The notes under the pieces: generated by a model | The model's input: the letters and a program-made list of their open reading frames with translations, nothing else | Told to the model about the DNA's origin: nothing | Database searches by the model: none | Translations under genes and position numbers: made by a program | Origin: Thermodesulfobacteriota bacterium | GTDB lineage: Bacteria > Desulfobacterota > Desulfobacteria > Desulfobacterales > C00003060 | DNA: 64,000 bases | NCBI GenBank assembly: GCA_034189385.1 | Contig: JAXHVD010000011.1 | Coordinates: forward strand, 32,001-96,000 | Direction: 5' to 3' | In this document: positions 9,692-19,438 of the stretch, one piece after another | How the letters are laid out: the number at the start of each line of letters is the position of its first letter | Position numbering within the stretch: the first letter of the stretch is position 1

Positions 9692-10084
9692 TTGTTAGTA
9701 CTGGACGATCTACGGTACTCGGAAGAGCATATCTGGATCCGCCGCGAGGGGGACCACACGGTGACCATTGGTGTCACCGATTACGCCCAACTAGAGTTGG
9801 GAGAGCTCAACTACGTGGAACTGCCCAACGAGGGTGATGAACTGGTTTACTGCGAGCCTTTCGGGAGTGTAGAATGCGCGCAGGTGGTCACTGATCTCTA
9901 CGCCCCTGTCTGCGGTCGCGTTTTGGAGGTCAATCAAGACGTCATTGACAATCCCACATTAATCAATGACTCTCCATACAAGCGGGGGTGGGTTATTCGG
10001 GCTAAGCTCTTTTCCGTAGAGGAAGTAGGGATGCTCATGTCGGCCGATGACTATGAGGAATACGTACTGACCATAAGCCCCTGA
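9692..10084 (+). CDS. Glycine cleavage H-like protein lacking the lipoyl Lys
   Basis: YSEEHIW, IGVTDYAQ, DLYAPV, INDSPY..GW; canonical E-S-V-K site reads E-C-A-Q; TTG start. Confidence 0.85.
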   Translation: MLVLDDLRYSEEHIWIRREGDHTVTIGVTDYAQLELGELNYVELPNEGDELVYCEPFGSVECAQVVTDLYAPVCGRVLEVNQDVIDNPTLINDSPYKRGWVIRAKLFSVEEVGMLMSADDYEEYVLTISP

Positions 10085-10301
10085 TCACAGTCTCCAACAG
10101 GAGCCTCCCCTTCCAATGTGTATGCCTCTCCCTCACCCCTCACGCTGGATGCTCAGGCGCTAAAGTAACGGGGCTGGGTGAGTCCAGAAGAAACATTGAA
10201 CATGGAATGTCGAAAGATGACGTTTCAAGCACGCTTATCCAGCTAGTGCCCATCCATAAACGCCCGAGAAAGAGAAGGGCGGGCCTCCGTCTCTTCCAGC
10301 A

Positions 10302-11018
10302 TCATCCCCCCTCCCCCTCCAGTTGCAGTACATCTGCGTCTTTGGGCACCTTGAAGATAAACAAGGAAGTGTCAAGGTCCTGATTGAATCGGAAATCTTC
10401 AAAGCGGATGCTTGTCTTGTCTCCAAAGAGATTGTACGTGACAGACCGGACAACATCAAAGGTGTCCTCTGAAACAAAAAGAAGTATCTTTGTTAGATTT
10501 GATACTCTCGTCTTTGGAAGAAGCTCCAAGACGAACTGGCCTTCTTCAGCAAACTCCTTGGCCGCAAAGTGCACAACAAACTCGTCGAGAAGCTTGTCAG
10601 GTTCGGCAAAAAACCCAGTCCATGTGGCGTCGCCAAGGTAGTCGGCAGTCTGGCCAACCATGACCTGGCCCTCCTCGGGCCGATAGATCCACACACGCTG
10701 GCCATCGGTCATGATCAGGTATTGCTCTGGTGTCTTGTAGTGCCAACGCATCATGGCCGGGGGTCGGAAGCATACATGCCCGCGGGCGGAGTCGACCATA
10801 TCCATGGCCTTTAGGTGAGACTCCTGGACAAAATCAGCCTCAAAATCGGTGACTGCATAGCGTTTCTGGACCCGCCTCAAGATCTCAGAGATCGACAGGC
10901 CATCTGAGGCCATACAAGCCCCGCAAGACAACATGGCAAGCCATATAAGAGATAAACCAGCACAGAGAGAGTGAAAAAGAGGGAAACAGCGTCTCCATTC
11001 AACGATCGTCTTCTTCAT
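10302..11018 (-). CDS. lolA: Outer-membrane lipoprotein carrier LolA
   Basis: Signal peptide, FEADFVQ, RPPAMMRWHY..P, DGQRVWIY, F.FKVPKDADV; lies downstream of ftsK as is typical. Confidence 0.88.
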   Translation of the reverse strand: MKKTIVEWRRCFPLFHSLCAGLSLIWLAMLSCGACMASDGLSISEILRRVQKRYAVTDFEADFVQESHLKAMDMVDSARGHVCFRPPAMMRWHYKTPEQYLIMTDGQRVWIYRPEEGQVMVGQTADYLGDATWTGFFAEPDKLLDEFVVHFAAKEFAEEGQFVLELLPKTRVSNLTKILLFVSEDTFDVVRSVTYNLFGDKTSIRFEDFRFNQDLDTSLFIFKVPKDADVLQLEGEGG

Positions 11019-11194
11019 TTGATCAGTGTCCTTACCCTTGCCAGCTTAAGAATCCCGTGGACTCCCGCGGGGAGGCTTGTCCCCTGAAAGAATGCCACGA
11101 AACAAATCTCTTACACAAGATGGCAGTTGATTGCATTGTCCAGAACTAGGGCCCATCCGGAAACGGATCCCTGATGGGCGGACCGGAGTAGACA

Positions 11195-13369
11195 TCACTG
11201 GTTATAGCCTCTAACCAGTACTTCTCTGGGTCTGCTTCCTTCAGCAGAGCTGACGATGCCGTTGCGTTCCATTACTTCAATCATACGGGCAGCGCGATTA
11301 TACCCCACCCTGAGACGACGTTGAATCATGGAGATGGAGGCCTGGCCGGTCTCTGTCACTAAGGCCACTGCCTCATCGTATTTTTCATCATATTGATCCT
11401 CGTCCCCCCCTTCATCTTCCGGGCCGGCGTGCAGAATCTCCTCTTGATAGACCGGCTTCTTCTGCCTTCTCAAGAAGTCTATGATCTCTTGAATCTCCGG
11501 TTCCGAAACATAGGCCCCATGGATCCGCTGCAACTTGGCCGTGCCGGGAGGCAACAGGAGCATGTCGCCGTTTCCCAACAGATTCTCGGCGCCGTTGGCA
11601 TCCAAAATGGTCCTAGAATCCGTTCTAGAAGAAACCTGAAAGGAGATCCTAGTGGGAAAGTTCGCCTTGATAATGCCGGTTAAGATGTCCACCGAAGGCC
11701 GTTGTGTTGCAATCAAGAGGTGGATTCCCGCAGCACGAGCCATCTGGGCCAGTCGTGTGAGGGCAAATTCCACATCCCGAGAAGCCGCCAGCATGAGATC
11801 TGCCAGTTCGTCGATCACAATCAAGACAAGGGGCAGTGTCTCATGCATGCATTCCCCTTCCGATGCCCCTGTATTCCCAGATCTGGCCTGGCCTGTGTTG
11901 GTCTCTTTCTCCTTGATAATTTTCTGGTTGTACTGTTGCAAATTCCTGACGCCCTTTTCTGCCATGAGGGCATAGCGACGCTCCATCTCATGGACAGCCC
12001 AGTGTAACCCCCTCGTCGCTTTCTTGGCATCCATAACGACAGGCACAATCAGGTGAGGAATACCCTCATAGGCAGAGAGCTCAATACGCTTGGGATCCAT
12101 GAGCATCAGTTTCACCTCATCAGGGCTCGCCTTGTACAGCACACTGCAGATCATGCCATTTAAGGCCACACTCTTTCCAGATCCCGTGGCACCTGCAATC
12201 AGAAGGTGGGGCATTTTGGCCAAATCAGTGATGACCGGGTGTCCCATGATATCCTTGCCAAGGGCCAGGGTGAGCTTCGATTTGGATCTTTGAAAGACTT
12301 CGGAGGCGATGACATCTTTCAGGCGAACGGTCTCGCGCTGCTGGTTTGGGACCTCTATGCCAATGACAGACTTGCCCGGGATGGGGGCCACGATTCGGAT
12401 ACTCTCTGCCCGGAGGGCCAAGGCGAGATCATCTGTCAGGTTCACGATCTTATTGATCTTGACACCTGGTGCGGGCTCGTATTCGTACATGGTCACCACA
12501 GGCCCTGGGGAGACTGCCAGTACCTTTCCAGACACATCAAAATCGCTCAGTTTCTTCTCGAGAAGCCTGGATTGCATCTGAAGGGCTTCATGGTCTGCAG
12601 CCTTCACATCTGACCCAGACCCTTTCAACATCTTTAGTGAAGGGAGCCTAAATCCATGATCCCCAGGGATGAATCCAAAGGCTTCTTGCCTAAGGATCGG
12701 CCGTTCCTTGCCAGGCCTTGGCATTGGCTCTACGATTGTCACAGGGGTCTTCGGCTCTTGTGGTAGCTTCCGTTGTGTCTTGGACCGTTTCTTGGCTTTT
12801 TTACGGCGCTCCCTGAAGATGACCCAAACACGCTTCCCTTGGCCCCATACCCCTTTGCACAGAGTGGTCAGCCCACGGAGAATCCCTAAAAGGGACACGC
12901 GGGTCGCCATGACAAACCCAACGGCCCAAATAGTAAACAGAAAAATGAGCCCGCCCGTGGTGCTGATATAGTCTTTAACGATAGCGGCAAAAGTAATTCC
13001 CACAATCCCGCCGCTGGAGAAACGTTTTCCTAAAACCATATAATGGGTGTTTGCTAAAGATAAGAGCCCCCCAGTCGTGACCACTAACAACCCTCCGCCG
13101 ACGAGGGCAACAAGGATGACAATCCTCGGGGATCCCAGAAAGACATGGAAGGCCATCACCAATAGGACAACAGGTACCCAGAAAGCGCCAAGGCCAAAGA
13201 GGGCAATGAGAAAACCAGCTATGTGAGCGCCCAAGAGTCCGAAGAGATTCTGAACTTCGCCTGACGTTTGGCTATTAATGGACGGGTCTGTGGGATGGTA
13301 GGAAAGGAGACTTATGGCCGTGAGAATCAGGATGAACAAGAGAACAATGGCAAAAATTTCCTTTCGCAT
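11195..13369 (-). CDS. ftsK: DNA translocase FtsK
   Basis: 4-TM N-terminus, PHLLIAGATGSGKS, IDELADLM, ATQRPS, gamma domain QRRLRVGYNRAAR; start taken at MRKEIF. Confidence 0.96.
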   Translation of the reverse strand: MRKEIFAIVLLFILILTAISLLSYHPTDPSINSQTSGEVQNLFGLLGAHIAGFLIALFGLGAFWVPVVLLVMAFHVFLGSPRIVILVALVGGGLLVVTTGGLLSLANTHYMVLGKRFSSGGIVGITFAAIVKDYISTTGGLIFLFTIWAVGFVMATRVSLLGILRGLTTLCKGVWGQGKRVWVIFRERRKKAKKRSKTQRKLPQEPKTPVTIVEPMPRPGKERPILRQEAFGFIPGDHGFRLPSLKMLKGSGSDVKAADHEALQMQSRLLEKKLSDFDVSGKVLAVSPGPVVTMYEYEPAPGVKINKIVNLTDDLALALRAESIRIVAPIPGKSVIGIEVPNQQRETVRLKDVIASEVFQRSKSKLTLALGKDIMGHPVITDLAKMPHLLIAGATGSGKSVALNGMICSVLYKASPDEVKLMLMDPKRIELSAYEGIPHLIVPVVMDAKKATRGLHWAVHEMERRYALMAEKGVRNLQQYNQKIIKEKETNTGQARSGNTGASEGECMHETLPLVLIVIDELADLMLAASRDVEFALTRLAQMARAAGIHLLIATQRPSVDILTGIIKANFPTRISFQVSSRTDSRTILDANGAENLLGNGDMLLLPPGTAKLQRIHGAYVSEPEIQEIIDFLRRQKKPVYQEEILHAGPEDEGGDEDQYDEKYDEAVALVTETGQASISMIQRRLRVGYNRAARMIEVMERNGIVSSAEGSRPREVLVRGYNQ

Positions 13370-13469
13370 CTTGATACCTTCATTCCTCCGGCAAGACTTG
13401 GGATGGCCACTATCTAGACAGATTAGAAACACTCCCAGTGGTGCCGGGGTCAAGCACTTTCTGTAATTT

Positions 13470-14225
13470 CTAGCTAGGGGAATGCACTTTCAACTGTGTG
13501 AGACCCCATGGTCCGGTTTCCCTCAGCCGTTCAAGATCTTGTTTAATGATGGAGCGCACCGATTCCATGAGGTCCTTCTTGGCCTTACCCTTGTAATGAG
13601 CCGTGTCAATGGGCGGATGGATGCTGATACAAATGTGACCAGGTCTGATCCGAAGTTTTCCCTTGGGCATGACCTGCCGGGCCCCAGAGATGGCCACAGG
13701 CACAATGGGCCGCCCAGAACGGATGGCCAGATGAAACCCACCAGCCTTAAAGGGCATGACCCGGCCATCTGTACTTCGGCTTCCTTCAGGAAAGATGACC
13801 ACCGACACCCCTCCGGCAATCTTTTGAGCTGCTTCAAGGAGGCTTTTGTGGGCTGATCTTCGATCAGAACGGTCAATACTAATATATCCTGCGCGGGTCA
13901 TAGAATACCCAAAAACCGGGATCTGGAACAGTTCCTTCTTTGCCAACCACCGAAACTGGACAGGGAGATATGCCAGGAGACTGAAGATGTCGAACATGCT
14001 CTGGTGATTGGCCATATATAGATAGGGGACGCCGGGATCAATATGTTCTAGCCCCCTCACAGAGACCTTGACGCGACTCAGAAAAAGGATAGACTTGGCC
14101 CATAGCCGTCCCACCAGGTGGGCACCATTGCCTCCCTTTTTCCATAAGGATGCCCCTATGGCAAGCAAGGCACAAACCAAGGTGTCAAAGACAACACACA
14201 CTAAAACGACAGCGTCTTTCATCAT
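13470..14225 (-). CDS. plsC: 1-acyl-sn-glycerol-3-phosphate acyltransferase
   Basis: NHQSMFD (HX4D) and FPEGSRS motifs. Confidence 0.92.
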   Translation of the reverse strand: MMKDAVVLVCVVFDTLVCALLAIGASLWKKGGNGAHLVGRLWAKSILFLSRVKVSVRGLEHIDPGVPYLYMANHQSMFDIFSLLAYLPVQFRWLAKKELFQIPVFGYSMTRAGYISIDRSDRRSAHKSLLEAAQKIAGGVSVVIFPEGSRSTDGRVMPFKAGGFHLAIRSGRPIVPVAISGARQVMPKGKLRIRPGHICISIHPPIDTAHYKGKAKKDLMESVRSIIKQDLERLRETGPWGLTQLKVHSPS

Positions 14226-14293
14226 TTTTTGGCAACCTGGACCTCAAATCAAGAAGTTCAAAAGAGACAGTAGGCCACTCGGCCCAAGAGGCG

Positions 14294-14626
14294 TCAGGTT
14301 AGAATCTTGAGAGTTTCAAACATCATATCGGCAAAGCGAATAATGCTTTCTCTTTGTTCGGCATTGGCATAGTGAATGCAGTCACAACGGATCCTGTTTC
14401 GCGACCGGATCAATAGTTCAAAGGAGATGGCTGTGGGTTTCAGCTCCACCGCAAAATAAAAAGGCTGACAGTCCCTATGGGCCGCCTGGACGACGTCCAG
14501 CAGTTTCTCCTCTAGGGGGACCCAGTAAAGACCTTCTACTTGGCAAGGGCCAAAACGCTCGTCAAGATAGGCCTCCATCTTCTCATAGTCCTCGGGCCGG
14601 AGCTCGTCAATACGATACTGTTTCAT
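14294..14626 (-). CDS. Hypothetical protein with His/Cys motif (H-x2-C ... C-x-C)
   Basis: 110-aa ORF with RBS-like AAGGATGG, co-oriented with and upstream of plsC. Confidence 0.75.
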   Translation of the reverse strand: MKQYRIDELRPEDYEKMEAYLDERFGPCQVEGLYWVPLEEKLLDVVQAAHRDCQPFYFAVELKPTAISFELLIRSRNRIRCDCIHYANAEQRESIIRFADMMFETLKILT

Positions 14627-14818
14627 GCCCTACCATCCTTCAGCAGAATAGCTCAATTCCCTGCGCTTGCAGATCAAGGATCGATCTAGCCTGTGGTAAC
14701 ACCTTTGCTCCCGAAATGGGACAGACCTTGCGGGACACCAAGCTATAACATGTCTGAACCATCATAACAGACTGAGTGGATTTGTAAATTGTTAAATAGG
14801 GCCGCACCTCCAAAGCAA

Positions 14819-14851
14819 GAATCCCGCAGCACTCATGGCGCTGCGGGATTC
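14819..14851 (-). terminator. Hairpin terminator after dnaK
   Basis: 12-bp perfect stem GAATCCCGCAGC / GCTGCGGGATTC, followed by TTGCTTT on the minus strand. Confidence 0.7.
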
Positions 14852-14881
14852 GTTACGATTACACACATGGGGTCGGGAAGA

Positions 14882-16810
14882 TTACTTGTTGTCTTTAACC
14901 TCCTCGAAATCTGCATCTACGACGTCTTCATCAGCAGAGGCCTTGGATTCCCCTTCCGCCGAAGCCTCTCCACCGGCAGCTTGCTCACCTGCCTCGGCGC
15001 CACCAGAGGCCTTCTGATACATGGCTTCAGCCAATTTGTGAGAATTTTGCATGAGCTCTTCACTCAAGCGTTTGATCTCTTCTGCATCGGTGCCTTCCAT
15101 GGCCTTCTTGAGTTTCTCAATGGCTTCTTCGATGTTCTCCTTCAGCGAGGCGTCTACCTTGTCTCCCAGCTCCTTTATGGACTTTTCGGTCTGGTAGATC
15201 AGACTGTCAGCATGGTTGCGGGCCTCAACAAGGTCCTTCTTCTTTTTGTCCTCCTCAGCATGCACCTCAGCCTCTTTAACAAGCTTCTCAATTTCCTCTT
15301 CTGAGAGTCCACTTGAAGCCGTGATTTGTATGGATTGCTCCTTACCGGTCCCCAAGTCTTTTGCCGAGACATGGACGATGCCATTGGCGTCAATGTCAAA
15401 TGAGACCTCAATTTGGGGAATACCCCGTGGTGCGGGAGGAATTCCAACAAGTTCGAATCGGCCCAGGGTCTTGTTATATTCAGCCATCTCTCGTTCCCCT
15501 TGGAGCACATGTATGGAAACAGCCGGCTGATTGTCAGCAGCAGTGGAAAAGATCTGACTCTTTTTGGTGGGAATGGTAGTATTCTTATCGATGAGTTTGG
15601 TAAAGACCCCGCCCAGGGTCTCAATCCCTAAAGAAAGGGGCGTCACGTCGAGCAGAAGCACGTCTTGGACATCACCCTTCAGGACCCCCGCCTGAATAGC
15701 TGCTCCTGCGGCCACCACTTCGTCGGGGTTAACCCCTTTGTGAGGTTCCTTGCCAAATATGGACTTCACCTTTTGCTGTACGGACGGCATACGCGTCATG
15801 CCGCCGACCAAAATGACCTCATTGATATCTGCGGGTTTTACCCCCGCATCCTTGAGGGCCATTTGGCAAGGCCCCACCAACTTGCCCAGCAGGTCGTCCA
15901 CCAAAGATTCCAGTTTTGCCCGAGTCAGCTTGATATTCAGGTGTTTCGGTCCGCTTGCATCGGCCGTGATAAAAGGAAGGTTGACATCTGTCTCCATGGC
16001 CGTGGAAAGCTCCATCTTAGCCTTTTCCGCGCCCTCTTTAAGACGCTGCAAGGCCATTTTATCATTGCGGATATCGATCCCCTGGTCCTTTCTAAACTCC
16101 TCGGCCAGGTAATCTATGATCCTTTGGTCAAAGTCTTCACCGCCCAAGTGGGTATCGCCATTCGTTGACTTCACCTCAAAGACACCCTCCCCTATTTCCA
16201 ATATAGAGACATCAAAGGTGCCGCCGCCCAGGTCGAAAACCGCGATTTTTTCATCCTTCTTCTTGTCCAGACCATAAGCAAGGGAAGCTGCCGTGGGCTC
16301 ATTGATAATGCGCAACACATTGAGTCCGGCAACCTTGCCGGCATCCTTGGTTGCCTGTCGCTGGCTATCATCGAAATACGCCGGTACGGTGATCACCGCT
16401 TCGGTGACGTTCTCACCCAGATATTCTTCGGCCGTCTTCTTCATGGCCTGCAGGACATGGGCGGAAATCTCTGCAGGGCTGTAAGCCTTGCCCTGAATCT
16501 CGACCTGCGCATCACCATTGCCCGCCTGAGAAATGGTGAAAGGAGAGATCTCCTTGTCCCGTTGGACCTCCTTAGAAGCATACTTGCGTCCGATAAGCCG
16601 CTTGACAGCAAACACCGTGTTCTCCGGATTGGTGATGGCCTGCCGCTTGGCCGTTTGGCCCACCAATCGCTCTCCACTGCTAGTCCAGGCAACCATGGAA
16701 GGGGTGGTCCTTGCCCCCTCAGGGTTCGTAATGACCTTGGGGTCCTTTCCTTCCATAAGGGCCACACAAGAGTTCGTCGTGCCCAGATCAATTCCTATGA
16801 CCTTGCTCAT
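14882..16810 (-). CDS. dnaK: Chaperone DnaK
   Basis: [24 protein letters not shown]-terminal [10 protein letters not shown]. Confidence 0.99.
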   Translation of the reverse strand: MSKVIGIDLGTTNSCVALMEGKDPKVITNPEGARTTPSMVAWTSSGERLVGQTAKRQAITNPENTVFAVKRLIGRKYASKEVQRDKEISPFTISQAGNGDAQVEIQGKAYSPAEISAHVLQAMKKTAEEYLGENVTEAVITVPAYFDDSQRQATKDAGKVAGLNVLRIINEPTAASLAYGLDKKKDEKIAVFDLGGGTFDVSILEIGEGVFEVKSTNGDTHLGGEDFDQRIIDYLAEEFRKDQGIDIRNDKMALQRLKEGAEKAKMELSTAMETDVNLPFITADASGPKHLNIKLTRAKLESLVDDLLGKLVGPCQMALKDAGVKPADINEVILVGGMTRMPSVQQKVKSIFGKEPHKGVNPDEVVAAGAAIQAGVLKGDVQDVLLLDVTPLSLGIETLGGVFTKLIDKNTTIPTKKSQIFSTAADNQPAVSIHVLQGEREMAEYNKTLGRFELVGIPPAPRGIPQIEVSFDIDANGIVHVSAKDLGTGKEQSIQITASSGLSEEEIEKLVKEAEVHAEEDKKKKDLVEARNHADSLIYQTEKSIKELGDKVDASLKENIEEAIEKLKKAMEGTDAEEIKRLSEELMQNSHKLAEAMYQKASGGAEAGEQAAGGEASAEGESKASADEDVVDADFEEVKDNK

Positions 16811-16913
16811 GGGTCTCCTCCTTAGAATATATATTGAATATTATCGAGTTCGCCAAAATGGCAATAACGGGATATCAACTTTGAAGAAGCTGCATGGATA
16901 TGAAGACGTGGCA

Positions 16914-17561
16914 CTAGTGCGCTACAGTCTCTGCCTCCGGCCCATCTTCAGGAGACCTTGATTTCACGTCGACCCCGGTGTCTGGCTTTCTTGAGACAAC
17001 GACCATTGCGGGCCGAAGGAGTCTGTCTTGAAGCATATAGCCCTTTTGAAGTTCCTGGCACACGGTGTTTTCAGGGAATCTCTCAGTTTCTTCTTGGGAA
17101 ACCGCCTGGTGGAAATTGGGGTCAAAGGGCTTTTTCAGGGCATCTACAGGAACAACCCCAAACTTCTTGAGTCCGTCCATGAGCCCCTTCAAGGTCATTT
17201 CCACACCCTGACGCAGAGCTTCCAGGGCATCCTCGTTGCCTTTTTTCCCCGTGCAAATGGCCCGCTCCAGGTTGTCCACTATGGGCAACATTTCTTTGAC
17301 GAGGGATTCATTGGCAAATTTCCTAAAATCATTCATTTCCCGCTCAACACGCTTCTTATAGTTTTCAAAATCCGCCGTTACCCTCAGTACCCGCTCATAA
17401 TTTTCCTCAGCCTTGGCCTCTGCAGTCTTCAAGCGATCTCGGAGGCGCTCCTTTTTGGGCCCTTTCTTATCCCGCTTTTTCCCTGCATCTCCCTCGGGCT
17501 TTACCGCCGGTTCAGCCTCAGGAGATTCCGTGGATCTGGACCGCCCCTGATCGTCAGTCAA
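16914..17561 (-). CDS. grpE: Nucleotide exchange factor GrpE
   Basis: ADFENYKKR, FDPNFHQA, QKGYMLQDRLLRPAMVVV; likely TTG start after GGAGG (alternative ATG 17573). Confidence 0.93.
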   Translation of the reverse strand: MTDDQGRSRSTESPEAEPAVKPEGDAGKKRDKKGPKKERLRDRLKTAEAKAEENYERVLRVTADFENYKKRVEREMNDFRKFANESLVKEMLPIVDNLERAICTGKKGNEDALEALRQGVEMTLKGLMDGLKKFGVVPVDALKKPFDPNFHQAVSQEETERFPENTVCQELQKGYMLQDRLLRPAMVVVSRKPDTGVDVKSRSPEDGPEAETVAH

Positions 17562-17926
17562 AATACCCTCCATACATCTACCTGATCTCGTTGCACCGGA
17601 CACCAAAACTGTGCCCACCTCAGGTTGTCTGCCTTGAGCACCATTCCATGGAAACCAGCTAAAATTGGTAAATAAGTAAGAACCACAGGGGAGTTTGTCA
17701 AGGGGGTGACCCGAATGGTGTGCTGCCCTGATCCCTTTCCCCTTGGCGATGAACCGCTTTTGCATCTGCCGATGAAAGACTGGGGCCTGTGTCAGGAATT
17801 GGCACTGATCGTTTCACAGGGCCCCTTCAAAAAAGGGCACGCCCTATCCTAACCCCATGCTTTGTCCACAACCATTTGGAATCATAGAGCTTACGCCTCG
17901 GCAAACACCATTCCATGGCAGAGCGA

Positions 17927-18853
17927 TTACCTTTTTGAATGTCTGAGAAGACACCCCTGACAAGAACCTTTTTTTGCCAATGCTTGTTGGATCAGGGCCA
18001 GGGTCTGTTGTTTATTTAGGGCCCATGTAGGCTCAAGAAGATCCGCCCGATCGGGGTCTCCCGTTAGGCGTTGCACGATGACGTCAGAAGAAAGATGTTC
18101 CAGGAAAGCCACGACCCAGTCCACGTATGTAGGCTGATCAAGGGTCTTGAAGCCCGTCGTCTGACAGACTCGCGCCAGCGGTGTATCCCTGACGACATAG
18201 AGGCTGTGAATCTTGACGCCCTCTATGCCCAGATCGGTGATAGCTTTGGCAGTACCCACGACATCCTCTTTGGATTCACCAGGAAGCCCCAAGATGACAT
18301 GGGCGCAGATCATGATGTTTCGGCCTTGAGTCATTCGAACGGCGTGGACAAAATCTTCATATGTGTGTCCCCGATTGATCTTTCGTAGGGTCTCATTGTG
18401 TATGGATTGCAGTCCATATTCCATCCAAACCATATGACCCGTTCCATAGCTTTCAATAAGGGAAAGCTTTTCCTCGTCAACACAATCAGGCCTGGTTCCG
18501 ATGGCAAGACCCACTATATCTGGATCCGTCAAGGCTTCGCCGTACCTGCTGGAAAGGACGTTACAGGGGGCATAAGTATTTGTAAAAGCTTGAAAATACG
18601 CTATAAATTTCTTGGCCTTATACCGGTCGGCCAGTCGGGCCTTTCCTCGTTGGATCTGATCCCAAATGGACTCCCCTCTCTCTGCCGCGCCGGTACCCGA
18701 ACCCTTGCTGTCACAGTAGATACACCCCTCAGATGACAGTGTGCCGTCTCGATTCGGACAGGAAAAACCGGCATCAATGGTGATCTTCTGGACCCGGCAG
18801 CCGAACCTCTTTTTGAGATAGCTACTGAGATCATTATACCGTTGAGCTGTCAT
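17927..18853 (-). CDS. Radical SAM protein, TIGR01212/YhcC family
   Basis: GFSCPNRDG...GCIYC, YFQAFTNTY, IGTRPDC, QRLTGD. Confidence 0.92.
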   Translation of the reverse strand: MTAQRYNDLSSYLKKRFGCRVQKITIDAGFSCPNRDGTLSSEGCIYCDSKGSGTGAAERGESIWDQIQRGKARLADRYKAKKFIAYFQAFTNTYAPCNVLSSRYGEALTDPDIVGLAIGTRPDCVDEEKLSLIESYGTGHMVWMEYGLQSIHNETLRKINRGHTYEDFVHAVRMTQGRNIMICAHVILGLPGESKEDVVGTAKAITDLGIEGVKIHSLYVVRDTPLARVCQTTGFKTLDQPTYVDWVVAFLEHLSSDVIVQRLTGDPDRADLLEPTWALNKQQTLALIQQALAKKGSCQGCLLRHSKR

Positions 18854-18964
18854 AGATTCCCAACCCGGACAGGGTGAAACAGAACCTCCATGAAATCAGG
18901 AAAACAGGAAGGGTATAAAGAAGCATTCCCGGAAGGCAAAACAGTGGCAGTATCATCTAATGTT

Positions 18965-19233
18965 GACTTGGCTGCGCACCCTTCGTCGAATCCTGTCCAC
19001 GGAACCGCAAGTTGTCATGTGTTGGTCGAAGACAGTCCACGACACGGGCTGCATTACTTACCGCTGCTTCCTCCCGGACCTGACGGGGTTCGTAACCGCC
19101 TGTTGCGTGGTGCCCGACCAGGAACAGCTTTTGGGACGAGGAGCCATGGACCCTCAAAAAGGGAATTCAGCCCCGCATAAGCGGATTTCGGGCTACAGGA
19201 CACCGCTAACTTCCCGCCTAGCGCAACCAAGCC
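18965..19233 (-). ncRNA. ffs: Signal recognition particle RNA, large (Alu-domain-containing) bacterial type
   Basis: Helix-8 motif CCGTCAGGTCCGGGAGGAAGCAGCGG; paired ends GGCTTGGTTGCGC / GCGCAGCCAAGTC; 5' Alu-like domain with complementary AGCGG and CCGCT loops and a UGUA motif; about 270 nt. Confidence 0.93.
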
Positions 19234-19238
19234 ATCCC

Positions 19239-19267
19239 TTTATAACCCAAAGAGGGGTCCTTTGCAA
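19239..19267 (-). promoter_or_regulatory. Sigma70-type promoter of the SRP RNA
   Basis: TTGCAA-17 nt-TATAAA ending 6 nt before the predicted 5' end; back-to-back with a candidate tilS promoter (TTGACT at 19297). Confidence 0.7.
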
Positions 19268-19438
19268 TGGCAAAAGCATGGCGCCCCTCTTTTCTCTTGA
19301 CTTAACTGCCTTGAAAACTTTAATATTTTGGTTATGGGCTGGCAATTCTTAGCCCCTTGGCCACGGAGATTAGGGCCCCTTCCAGTAAGGAAATAGGCTA
19401 TAGGAAAATAGAGCCCTTCGACTCTTTGCGAGTTCATC

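Noticed and set aside
18890..19352. Short ORFs (96, 66 and 130 aa) between the radical SAM gene and tilS
   Set aside because: They overlie the SRP RNA and its promoter and show no protein-like features.
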